A stretch of 62,574 nt of DNA from an uncultured Candidatus Saccharimonas sp. (lineage in GTDB: Bacteria > Patescibacteriota > Saccharimonadia > Saccharimonadales > AQU-01). Each line of letters begins with the position of its first letter. Positions within the stretch are counted from its first letter, which is position 1. Where the stretch lies: NCBI GenBank assembly GCA_943358095.1, contig CALRGT010000005.1:1-62574 (forward strand). The letters are read 5' to 3'. A program made the position numbers and the translations under genes. This document shows positions 47,489 to 55,409 of this stretch, in pieces. Under the pieces are notes generated by a model that saw only the letters and a list, made by a program, of their open reading frames with translations, made no database searches and was not told where the DNA came from.

Positions 47489-49522
47489 ATGACGACTGAC
47501 AGTTTGGTGACTGAGATTAAAGGTATTGGTGAAGCTATGAACGAAAAGTTCAAGTCTATCGGCATTACTGATGTGAATGATCTGATTGATTATTATCCGC
47601 GTCGTTATGATGATTACTCGCAGATTCAGAGCATTGATAGTCTGGAGCCAGGCGCAGTGACTATTAAGGCCAAGATCGGTCAGATTAAAGGGCATTATGT
47701 GCGGCGCGGATTGCATATTACTGAAGCCGTGGCTAGTGACGGTGACGGTAGCGTTCGATTAGTTTGGTTCAACCAGCCTTACAGGGCTGCTGCTATTAAG
47801 CCGGAAACAGATTATTTTATATCAGGTCAATTCGAGCTTAGTAATCGCCGACTTGGGATATTAAATGCTTCTATGGAGTTAGTTAGTGAATTTCCTGTAA
47901 GCACCGCTAGAATAGTGCCAATTTACCGCGAAACTAAGAACCTAAAGTCTGTACAGATAAGACGAGCTCTGAGAGATGTTGGGCCATTGATCAATAAATT
48001 GCCTGAAACTTTGCCTAGTTGGCTTATAAAAAGCCACAAACTCATGACTAGGTCGGAAGCTATTATGGCCATTCACTTTCCGAAGGATGCCGACCACATG
48101 GCACTCGCTCAAAAGAGGTTAGGCTTCGAGGAGGTTTTTGAGCTTACACTAGCGAGTTTGATCAATAAATACGAATTACTAAAAGACCAGGCTCTTCCAA
48201 TACCTTTTAAACCAAAGTTGGCGCAAGAGTTTGTCTCGCATTTGCCGTTTACTCTTACGGACGCTCAGCGCAAAGTAATTTGGCGAATTTATCAGGATTT
48301 AGAGAAGCCGCAGGCAATGAATCGACTGATTGAGGGTGATGTTGGGTCTGGTAAAACAGTTGTGGCGACTATGGCCGCGCTAATGGCGTTGGAACAGGGA
48401 TATCAGGTAGCATTAATGGCACCGACTGAGCTTTTGGCAAGACAGCATGCCGACACTATCCACCGCTTGTTGACGCCTCTAGGTTATGCTGACCAAGTTG
48501 GCTTACTAGTCGGTGGGCTCAAGCCAGCTCAGAAAAAACAAGCACAAGAAAGAATAGCGAGTGGTCAGATAAGGTTTATGATAGGTACTCACGCTCTTAT
48601 TCAATCGTCGGTCGATATGCACAAACTAGGTTTAATAATTGTAGATGAGCAACACCGTTTTGGAGTCGAACAGCGTAAGAAGCTGCAGGCTAAGGCCGGT
48701 CATGCCTTGCATGTTTTAAGTATGACAGCCACACCAATTCCTCGTAGCTTGGCGCTGACTTTGTATGGTGAAATGGACATTTCAATTATTGACACCAAGC
48801 CCGCCGGCCGTAAGACCATAATTACCAAAATTTCTTCTCCAAATTCACGGCCTGCGCTTTATGAAAAAATCGAAAAACAGTTAATAGAGGGTAGACAGAT
48901 GTTTGTCGTTACGCCTCTTATTGTTGATTCCGAGGTGCTAGTAGCGGCATCAGCCGAAAAAGTCTATAAAGATATGAAGTTGGCATTTGCGAATCGCCGG
49001 GTTGGTTTAATGCACGGTAAACTTAAAAGTGATGAGAAAAATGAAGTCATGGAGCAGTTCGTCGCCGGTAAGATAGATATTCTTGTTTCGACTACTGTGA
49101 TCGAGGTTGGTGTAGATGTGCCGAACGCTACTGTAATGTTGATAGAAAACGCCGAGCGATTCGGTTTGGCTCAGATTCATCAGTTGAGGGGCCGAGTTGG
49201 TCGAAGTGAACATCAAGGCTATTGTTATTTGATGATGGGTGACTCTAAGGCTCCTAGTCGTCGTTTGTTGGCGCTAGAGAGTTCGTCTGATGGTTTCGCT
49301 TTGGCTGAGCTAGATTTAGAAATGAGAGGACCGGGTGCAATATACGGAACAATGCAGCATGGCCAGCTCGATCTTCGTGTAGCAAAACTAAGCGATATAA
49401 AACTAATTGCTAGCGCCCGCGAATCTGCCCAAAGCTTCATAGATAAGGACGAAGATCTGCTACAATATAGTCATCTTGCTCAACGTGTAAACAAATTGCG
49501 AGCAGTCACAAATCTAAATTAA
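47489..49522 (+). CDS. recG: ATP-dependent DNA helicase RecG
   Basis: Wedge/OB N-terminus, GDVGSGKT, VDEQHRFG and helicase-C motifs (QLRGRVGR). Confidence 0.93.
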   Translation: MTTDSLVTEIKGIGEAMNEKFKSIGITDVNDLIDYYPRRYDDYSQIQSIDSLEPGAVTIKAKIGQIKGHYVRRGLHITEAVASDGDGSVRLVWFNQPYRAAAIKPETDYFISGQFELSNRRLGILNASMELVSEFPVSTARIVPIYRETKNLKSVQIRRALRDVGPLINKLPETLPSWLIKSHKLMTRSEAIMAIHFPKDADHMALAQKRLGFEEVFELTLASLINKYELLKDQALPIPFKPKLAQEFVSHLPFTLTDAQRKVIWRIYQDLEKPQAMNRLIEGDVGSGKTVVATMAALMALEQGYQVALMAPTELLARQHADTIHRLLTPLGYADQVGLLVGGLKPAQKKQAQERIASGQIRFMIGTHALIQSSVDMHKLGLIIVDEQHRFGVEQRKKLQAKAGHALHVLSMTATPIPRSLALTLYGEMDISIIDTKPAGRKTIITKISSPNSRPALYEKIEKQLIEGRQMFVVTPLIVDSEVLVAASAEKVYKDMKLAFANRRVGLMHGKLKSDEKNEVMEQFVAGKIDILVSTTVIEVGVDVPNATVMLIENAERFGLAQIHQLRGRVGRSEHQGYCYLMMGDSKAPSRRLLALESSSDGFALAELDLEMRGPGAIYGTMQHGQLDLRVAKLSDIKLIASARESAQSFIDKDEDLLQYSHLAQRVNKLRAVTNLN

Positions 49523-49563
49523 GTATCAAAGGAATTCGGCCGTCAACGGTCGTAAATTATCAT

Positions 49564-50445
49564 ATGTGGTCAGGCACAACAGTAACTAAGTTTTCTGGTC
49601 GTATCTGGGGAGCTCATCAAAAAATCGACAGAGTAGCACGGAGGCATCTTGTCCGTATGGTAGACGATAATCTTGCGTTTCCTAGCGGCGGTAAGATACT
49701 GCAGTTTGAAGGAAGAAACGGTCCTGACGGTATCAAAAACAAAAGCCCAGCTAAGGATGAGCCTTGGCATTATTACAGTCCCTTCAAAGATGATAACGAC
49801 AAGTTTATCGAGCTAATTACCAGCCACTATGATCAGTTAGTCAAGGAGCTAAAGGCCGGTAATAAGGAGCGAACAGCTTTTGAGGCGGCTTGGTTGGCGC
49901 ACGCACTAGTTGATGGTTTGACGCCGGCTCATCATTATCCGTACGAAGAAAAGTTAACAGAGATTCGTGGCGGAGAAGGTATTGAAACGAGAGACACTCT
50001 AAAAGGCAAAATTGTAATGCCCGGTAACACCAAGCGCGAAATGATTAGTAATAACTGGAAGATGTGGGGATTCGGTGGATTGCTGTCGACTCATGGCTTT
50101 TTTGAATTTGGTGTGGCTAGTATTATCAAGCCAATTAGCTTTGGTGAAGCCGTGCCGACCGAGCATGATCGCCTTATAATGCTAGATATTGGGCCAGTAG
50201 AGTGGTTTAAGCGTGCTGCGCGCGAGATAGCTGTGCTGGATATGTATGACCGTTACTGCGTGACTGGCTGGAACGCCAAATTAACTCTTGAAGTTAGGCA
50301 GAAGCTGATCCCTGTAATTATCCGGACGGTAACTTTGACTTGGTATAGTGCCATGGTAGATGCAGGCCTAGTAGACAAGAGTCGCAAAGTCACCAAAATT
50401 AAATTTGTATCTAATAAAACAAGTAAAGCAGTAGAGGCTAGCTAA
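49564..50445 (+). CDS. Hypothetical protein, possibly of the zinc-dependent phospholipase C / S1-P1 nuclease-like fold
   Basis: The N-terminal WGAHQKIDRVA and the later AWLAHALVDGLTPAHH resemble the W..H...A and H..xD...P.H metal-ligand motifs of that superfamily. The similarity is weak. Confidence 0.4.
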   Translation: MWSGTTVTKFSGRIWGAHQKIDRVARRHLVRMVDDNLAFPSGGKILQFEGRNGPDGIKNKSPAKDEPWHYYSPFKDDNDKFIELITSHYDQLVKELKAGNKERTAFEAAWLAHALVDGLTPAHHYPYEEKLTEIRGGEGIETRDTLKGKIVMPGNTKREMISNNWKMWGFGGLLSTHGFFEFGVASIIKPISFGEAVPTEHDRLIMLDIGPVEWFKRAAREIAVLDMYDRYCVTGWNAKLTLEVRQKLIPVIIRTVTLTWYSAMVDAGLVDKSRKVTKIKFVSNKTSKAVEAS

Positions 50446-50448
50446 GTT

Positions 50449-50985
50449 ATGAGAGTAATCGCTGGCAGGCTCGGCGGTCGACAGTTTGATGCACCGGCTG
50501 GCCACAAAACTCATCCAATGAGCGAAAAAGCTCGAGGTGGATTATTCAATGCGCTTGGCGATATTGAAGATTTAACTGTGCTAGACGCTTTTAGTGGTAC
50601 TGGCGCATTGTCATTTGAGGCCCTTAGCAGGGGAGCAAAACACGCAACTGCAATAGATAGTGACCGCAACGCCCAAGACACGGTCGTGCGTAATATTAAA
50701 ACGCTAGCATTATCCGGCAAGATCAAACTTATTCGCGCAAACGCCAGTGCTTGGTCGGACAATAACCCAGACAATAGTTATGACTTAGTTTTTTGCGATC
50801 CACCATATGACGACATTAAGCCAGATATATTAGAAAAATTAGCTCTACACGCCAAAACAGGTGGGTTAATTGTCTATTCGCTCCCTCCTACCGAAACCTT
50901 TAAGTTGGACGAAACTGACTACGATTTACTGGCCTTCAAATCATATGGTGATGCAACGCTAGCTTTTTATCGAAAAATTTCGTAA
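50449..50985 (+). CDS. rsmD: 16S rRNA (guanine966-N2)-methyltransferase RsmD
   Basis: VLDAFSGTGALSFEALSRGA SAM motif and FCDPPYD (DPPY). Confidence 0.85.
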   Translation: MRVIAGRLGGRQFDAPAGHKTHPMSEKARGGLFNALGDIEDLTVLDAFSGTGALSFEALSRGAKHATAIDSDRNAQDTVVRNIKTLALSGKIKLIRANASAWSDNNPDNSYDLVFCDPPYDDIKPDILEKLALHAKTGGLIVYSLPPTETFKLDETDYDLLAFKSYGDATLAFYRKIS

Positions 50986-51000
50986 AATACACTAGTTCAT

Positions 51001-51085
51001 GCGGATGTGGTGGAATTGGTAGACACGCTAGCCTTAGGAGCTAGTGTCGCAAGACGTGAAGGTTCAAGTCCTTTCATCCGCACCA
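51001..51085 (+). tRNA. tRNA-Leu (anticodon TAG), class II with long variable arm and encoded CCA
   Basis: Acceptor GCGGATG/CATCCGC. Anticodon stem CTAGC/GCTAG with loop CTTAGGA. Variable arm GTCGCAAGAC. T arm GAAGG-TTCAAGT-CCTTT. Discriminator A plus CCA. Confidence 0.9.
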
Positions 51086-51093
51086 AAATAAGC

Positions 51094-51119
51094 CGACCCA
51101 AAGGGGTCGTTTTATTTTG
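51094..51119 (+). terminator. Rho-independent terminator after tRNA-Leu
   Basis: Stem CGACCC (51094-51099), loop aaag, stem GGGTCG (51104-51109), then TTTTATTTT. Confidence 0.6.
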
Positions 51120-51136
51120 TGCAAATAAGTCTTGAG

Positions 51137-51202
51137 CCTTCAACCCCTATAAGGGGTGAAGGTTAGCCCGCGCCCACGGCCGGACGCTGTCCTTTCATCC
51201 GG
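51137..51202 (+). other. Structured GC-rich segment containing a split duplicate of the tRNA-Leu T-arm/acceptor 3' half
   Basis: 10-bp hairpin at 51137-51162. GTGAAGGTT (51156-51164) and GTCCTTTCATCCG (51189-51201) repeat tRNA positions 51056-51064 and 51068-51080, separated by a 24-nt insert. Confidence 0.6.
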
Positions 51203-51323
51203 TCCTCAACCAATGCTTACGCACTTGCGATAATACCTGAATAAACGATTAAGTATTGAAAAGACAGCTAATTAAATTAGGTAGGTGAAGGAATGGCCAT
51301 ATTCCTATATAATAGAACCAATA

Positions 51324-52634
51324 ATGGCACTAACAACACAACCATACAAAGGCACACGGGATTTCTATCCTGACGAAAAGCGCACACAAAATTATATTTT
51401 TGGAGTGATGCGCTCTGTTTCTGAGCGTTTTGGCTATGAGGAGTATGACGCGCCAATACTTGAGCCTATAGAACTTTACCAGGCTAAGAGTGGTGCAGAG
51501 ATCGTCAGCGAACAGACATACTTATTTACTGATCGTGGTGGCCGTCAGGTTGCGATTCGCCCCGAGATGACGCCTACTGTAAGCCGTATGGTAGCCGGCC
51601 GCCGGCAAGAGCTTGGATATCCGCTACGTTGGTACAGTATCCCTAATCTTATGCGCTATGAAAGACCGCAGCGTGGCAGACTACGTGAGCACTGGCAATT
51701 AAATGTAGATATATTTGGCGTTAAAGGACTAGAGGCGGAGCACGAAATTATAGCTTTGGCCGACGCAGTTATGCAGGGCTATGGAGCCAAACGGGACATG
51801 TACACTGTTAAGCTCAACAGTCGAAAGTTGATGGACTATTTGTTGGCAGACTATTTAGGTTTTGACGCCGAGCAGTCAACACGAATCGCAAAAATTATTG
51901 ACCATATGCATAAAGTTTCTACAGAAGTATTCCAAAAAGAAATTGATGATGTTTTAAGCGACTCACAACGGAGTAACAACACCGGGCAAAAGCTTGTTGA
52001 TTTGTTGAGTGTTAAGTCCCTAGACCAATTACCGTCTGAAGTTGCCGACAACACAGTAGCTGTTGAGTTGCAGAAATTATTAGATCTTTTGCAGTCATCT
52101 GGTATCACCAATGTCGTCTTTGATATTACGATCATGCGAGGCTTTGATTATTACACCGATATTGTATTTGAAGTAATGGACACTGACCCAGAAAACAATC
52201 GTTCAATGTTTGGTGGTGGCCGTTACGATGGTTTAGTTGGATTATTTGGTGTTGAGCCAGTCCCAACAGTTGGTTTTGGAATGGGTGATGTGACTATCGC
52301 TAACTTTTTGACTAGTCATAGCCTTATGCCGGAGCTAAAAGTCGTTACTGATGTTTATGTTGTGCTAGTCGGTGATGTTTATAGCCTTGCTCAAGCTACA
52401 ATTGCTAGTTTGCGAAGTCAGGGCCTAAATGTGGCCGTCGACACATCTGGTCGTAAGCCTGGCGATCAAATCAAGAACGCAGTAAAGAAGAACATTAACT
52501 TCGTCTTATTTATTGGCGAAAAAGAACTAGCAGACGGCAAATTTAGTCTTAAGAATTTAGCTGATGGTCAAGAATCAAATCTATCGGTAGAAGAAGTTGC
52601 CAGCGCAGTAAAAGCCTACCACCAAAGCAAATGA
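51324..52634 (+). CDS. hisS: Histidine--tRNA ligase
   Basis: Class II motifs (YEEYDAPILE, DRGGRQVAIRPEMT, RYERPQRGRLREHWQ, GGGRYDGL) and an anticodon-binding domain. ATG at 51324 lies 10 nt after TATAAT (51308-51313) and is preferred over GTG 51285. Confidence 0.92.
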   Translation: MALTTQPYKGTRDFYPDEKRTQNYIFGVMRSVSERFGYEEYDAPILEPIELYQAKSGAEIVSEQTYLFTDRGGRQVAIRPEMTPTVSRMVAGRRQELGYPLRWYSIPNLMRYERPQRGRLREHWQLNVDIFGVKGLEAEHEIIALADAVMQGYGAKRDMYTVKLNSRKLMDYLLADYLGFDAEQSTRIAKIIDHMHKVSTEVFQKEIDDVLSDSQRSNNTGQKLVDLLSVKSLDQLPSEVADNTVAVELQKLLDLLQSSGITNVVFDITIMRGFDYYTDIVFEVMDTDPENNRSMFGGGRYDGLVGLFGVEPVPTVGFGMGDVTIANFLTSHSLMPELKVVTDVYVVLVGDVYSLAQATIASLRSQGLNVAVDTSGRKPGDQIKNAVKKNINFVLFIGEKELADGKFSLKNLADGQESNLSVEEVASAVKAYHQSK

Positions 52635-53071
52635 CCGCTACAAACCATGTCGTAACTGGTGCACTTATTGCCATAACTATAAGTAACCCAGTTATTGGCC
52701 TGCCTTTGGCATTGTTGTCGCACTTGGTGCTTGATTCGATTCCACATTTTGGACTAGAAGATCTAAAGCTTGCTAAATTTGTTCCTATATTAATGACAGA
52801 TATTATATTCGCCGGTTCTGTGCTGGTGGCCTTACTTATTATTAGGCCTGAAAATTATTGGTTAATGGTAGCGGGTGGCATTATGGCTGCAAGCCCTGAT
52901 CTATTATCTATTCCATTATTTATTAGCATGATAAAGCGACGCAAGCATAAATTTGGTGTTGTGCAGCGATTTTTGCAGAAAATACAATGGAGCGAAACTG
53001 CTAAAGGTCTAGCTATAGAAGTGGTATGGTTTGGTTTTATTGGTGCTTTATTGCTACAAAAAATTCATTAG
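52631..53071 (+). CDS. Membrane protein, DUF457/YdjM-like putative metal-dependent hydrolase
   Basis: Four predicted TM segments. The N-terminal TNHVVTG, HLVLDSIPH and ASPDLL resemble YdjM-family motifs. ATGA overlap with hisS. Confidence 0.5.
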   Translation: MTATNHVVTGALIAITISNPVIGLPLALLSHLVLDSIPHFGLEDLKLAKFVPILMTDIIFAGSVLVALLIIRPENYWLMVAGGIMAASPDLLSIPLFISMIKRRKHKFGVVQRFLQKIQWSETAKGLAIEVVWFGFIGALLLQKIH

Positions 53072-53092
53072 GCTAGAAAAAGGCATTAAATA

Positions 53093-54394
53093 TTGGTACA
53101 ATCTTCAGTCATGCGTATAAACAAATCAATCGACTCCGAAACTAAAATTACATTAACCATAACAGCTGACGAAGCTTTCTTGGCAAAAACCAAAGATCAC
53201 ACTCTTCGACATATGGCACGAGACATGAAGATACCTGGCTTTCGTGCTGGTAAAGCGCCTCTTGCAATTGTCGAAAAGCAAGTTGATTCAAATATGTTGC
53301 AATCTGACTTTTTGGACGAGGCAATTAACCGACTATACACTGATGCAATTAAGGCTGAAGGCTTGCGCCCTGTCGCTAATCCAGAAGTTTCACTAAAGAA
53401 GTTCGTACCTTTTACGGTACTAGAGTTTGAGGCTAAGGTAGAAGTTCTTGGTGAAATTAAGCTTGCTGACTACAAAAAGATCAAAAAAGCGCTAAAAGTT
53501 GTTGCAGTAACTGCCGAGGATGTAAATCTAATTATTAACAACTTGCAGACTAGACTAGCCGAGAAATCTGAAGTTAAGCGAGCCTCAAAGGATGGCGACG
53601 AAGTTATCATCGACTTTACTGGCGTAGACGCTAAAGGCGTACACATTGCTGGAGCTGAAGCCAAGGATTATCCATTAACTATTGGTAGCAACAGTTTGAT
53701 TCCTGGATTCGAACCAGAACTTATCGGCTTAAAAGCTGGCGAAGAAAAGACTTTTGATATCGTATTCCCAAAGGATTATCAGGCAAAAGCATTGGCAGGG
53801 ACAAAAGTTACCTTTACAACCACTGTACATACAGTCAACGAACTTAAATTACCAAAAGCTGACGACGATTTTGCAAGTAAAGCTGGACCTTTTGAAACTC
53901 TTAAAGCACTCAAAGATGATATCAAGAAGCAATTAACATTTGAGCGCGAAGCAGACGCCCAAAAGAATCTCGAAAACGAATTACTTGCAGAAATTACAGC
54001 TAAGTCAAAAGTTACTATTCCGCAAACAATGACAGAAGATCAAGTACAACGCACAGAGGACGAAGAGCGCAAAAACCTATTGTATCGTGGTCAAACATGG
54101 CAAGAACACTTGGCTGAAGAGGGCGTTAGCGAAGAGCAACATCGTGCTCAAAATCGACCAGCAGCCGAAGAATCTATTAAAACTGGCCTAATATTAGCCG
54201 AAATAGCCGAGCTAGAAAAGATAACCTTTACTCCTGACGAAGTAGACATCAGAATAGAGCTGCTAAAAGGCCAGTATACTGACCCAGCAATGCGCGAACA
54301 GCTGGCATCACCAGATAACCGCCGCGACATTGAAGGCCGTATCATGACAGAAAAGACTGTTGATGCTATCGTTGCCTACGCTCTAGGCAAGTAG
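53093..54394 (+). CDS. tig: Trigger factor
   Basis: Ribosome-binding PGFRAGKAP motif, FKBP-like middle domain (IPGFEPELIGLKAGEEKTF) and a helical C-terminal domain. TTG start at 53093; an alternative is ATG 53111. Confidence 0.9.
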   Translation: MVQSSVMRINKSIDSETKITLTITADEAFLAKTKDHTLRHMARDMKIPGFRAGKAPLAIVEKQVDSNMLQSDFLDEAINRLYTDAIKAEGLRPVANPEVSLKKFVPFTVLEFEAKVEVLGEIKLADYKKIKKALKVVAVTAEDVNLIINNLQTRLAEKSEVKRASKDGDEVIIDFTGVDAKGVHIAGAEAKDYPLTIGSNSLIPGFEPELIGLKAGEEKTFDIVFPKDYQAKALAGTKVTFTTTVHTVNELKLPKADDDFASKAGPFETLKALKDDIKKQLTFEREADAQKNLENELLAEITAKSKVTIPQTMTEDQVQRTEDEERKNLLYRGQTWQEHLAEEGVSEEQHRAQNRPAAEESIKTGLILAEIAELEKITFTPDEVDIRIELLKGQYTDPAMREQLASPDNRRDIEGRIMTEKTVDAIVAYALGK

Positions 54395-54404
54395 TACTAA
54401 ATAA

Positions 54405-54431
54405 TTAGCACTCACTATTGACGAGTGCTAA
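54405..54431. promoter_or_regulatory. CIRCE operator (HrcA binding site), perfect consensus, upstream of clpP
   Basis: TTAGCACTC (54405-54413), N9 actattgac, GAGTGCTAA (54423-54431). Confidence 0.85.
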
Positions 54432-54446
54432 TTCGGTCTGTACAAT
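54418..54446 (+). promoter_or_regulatory. clpP promoter TTGACG-N17-TACAAT overlapping CIRCE; the ATG lies 7 nt after the -10 box
   Basis: TTGACG at 54418-54423 (spanning the spacer and right arm), TACAAT at 54441-54446, ATG at 54454. Confidence 0.5.
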
Positions 54447-54453
54447 TTTTACT

Positions 54454-55059
54454 ATGAGCGAACTACTTAGACCTACTAAATCTGCACTGATTCCGACTGT
54501 TATCGAAGGTGAAGGTCGAATGGAGCGCGCCTACGATATTTATAGCCGCCTACTACGCGATAGAATTATATTTTTGGGCGAAGATGTTAACGAGCATACC
54601 GCCAACTTGATTGTTGCGCAGCTATTATTCCTGGACAACGAAAGTAACGACAAAGACATATTCTTATATATTAACAGCCCCGGTGGTAGTGTTTACGACG
54701 CCTTAGCCATCTATGACACTATGCAATATGTTAAGAGCGACATCCAGACTGTCGGCATTGGCGTACAGGCCAGCGCAGCGGCATTCTTGCTAAGTAGTGG
54801 CACCAAGGGCAAGCGCACGATATTGCCAAACTCAACTGTTATGATCCACCAGCCATCAAGCGGCACTAGAGGTAAAGTAACGGATATGGAAATCGACCTT
54901 AAAGAATCTCTTCGTATTAAACACCGTCTAAATGAAATAATGGCTCGTAATACTGGCCAAACAGTTAAGAAAATTACCGAAGATATGGAACGCGATTATT
55001 GGATGACAGCCGAAGACGCCAAAAAATACGGCGTGGTTGATAAGGTTATAAGCAAATAG
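54454..55059 (+). CDS. clpP: ATP-dependent Clp protease proteolytic subunit
   Basis: Catalytic Ser in GVQASAAAF, His in MIHQPS and Asp in [14 protein letters not shown] at 54454 is preferred; the track's TTG at 54418 lies inside CIRCE. Confidence 0.93.
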   Translation: MSELLRPTKSALIPTVIEGEGRMERAYDIYSRLLRDRIIFLGEDVNEHTANLIVAQLLFLDNESNDKDIFLYINSPGGSVYDALAIYDTMQYVKSDIQTVGIGVQASAAAFLLSSGTKGKRTILPNSTVMIHQPSSGTRGKVTDMEIDLKESLRIKHRLNEIMARNTGQTVKKITEDMERDYWMTAEDAKKYGVVDKVISK

Positions 55060-55060
55060 A

Positions 55061-55190
55061 CAATTTATCATTTTTCATTGACCATTTGACATTTATTTAA
55101 CAATTGGACATTTAATCATTGTAGCTTCAATAAGAAATGACAAATGATTAATTAATGTATAAATGTATCAATGACAAAATGAATAAATTA
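55061..55190. repeat. Dispersed quasi-palindromic intergenic repeat, copy C (full length)
   Basis: The left arm is a CATT(T/G)N series at 55068, 55076, 55083, 55090 and 55109. Core CATTG-tagctt-CAATA at 55117-55132. The right arm is a complementary (T/A)CAATG/AAATGA series. It shares CAATTTATCATT and ATTAATGTAT..CAATG with the reverse complement of copy A. Confidence 0.75.
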
Positions 55191-55409
55191 TTATATATCC
55201 TTGACTCAAGGCTGATTCTTAGCTAAGCTATAAGATAAGAAGTAGTATAAGTAAGTATGTGCACTTATTTCTGATCAGTTATCGTGCACCAAAAAGCCGA
55301 CTTAGTAATCTTCGCTCTACAAATATAAAACCAAAAAGTTCTCTATTCGGGCACCGAAAAATTATAAATAACACTAAGTTTAAGGTTAAGCAGGGAGTAC
55401 TTTATTAGC

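Noticed and set aside
51120-51323. T-box leader, SRP RNA or complete second tRNA upstream of hisS
   Set aside because: There is no T-box sequence or specifier architecture and no SRP GGAA/AGCAGC-type motif. No 5' acceptor strand (CCGGATG) exists to complete a tRNA. The hisS -10 box lies downstream of the segment.
51001-51323. Integrated mobile element at the tRNA-Leu gene
   Set aside because: Only about 100 nt separate the tRNA from its partial duplicate. No integrase, excisionase or cargo genes are present, so at most this is a scar.
54418-54453. TTG start of clpP. Similar upstream alternative starts occur at 15757 (uvrB), 18678 (gatC), 22291 (galU) and 51285 (hisS).
   Set aside because: The extensions run across the CIRCE operator or the -10 boxes. 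The downstream starts (GTG 15784 for uvrB, ATG for the others) give N-termini that match the protein families.
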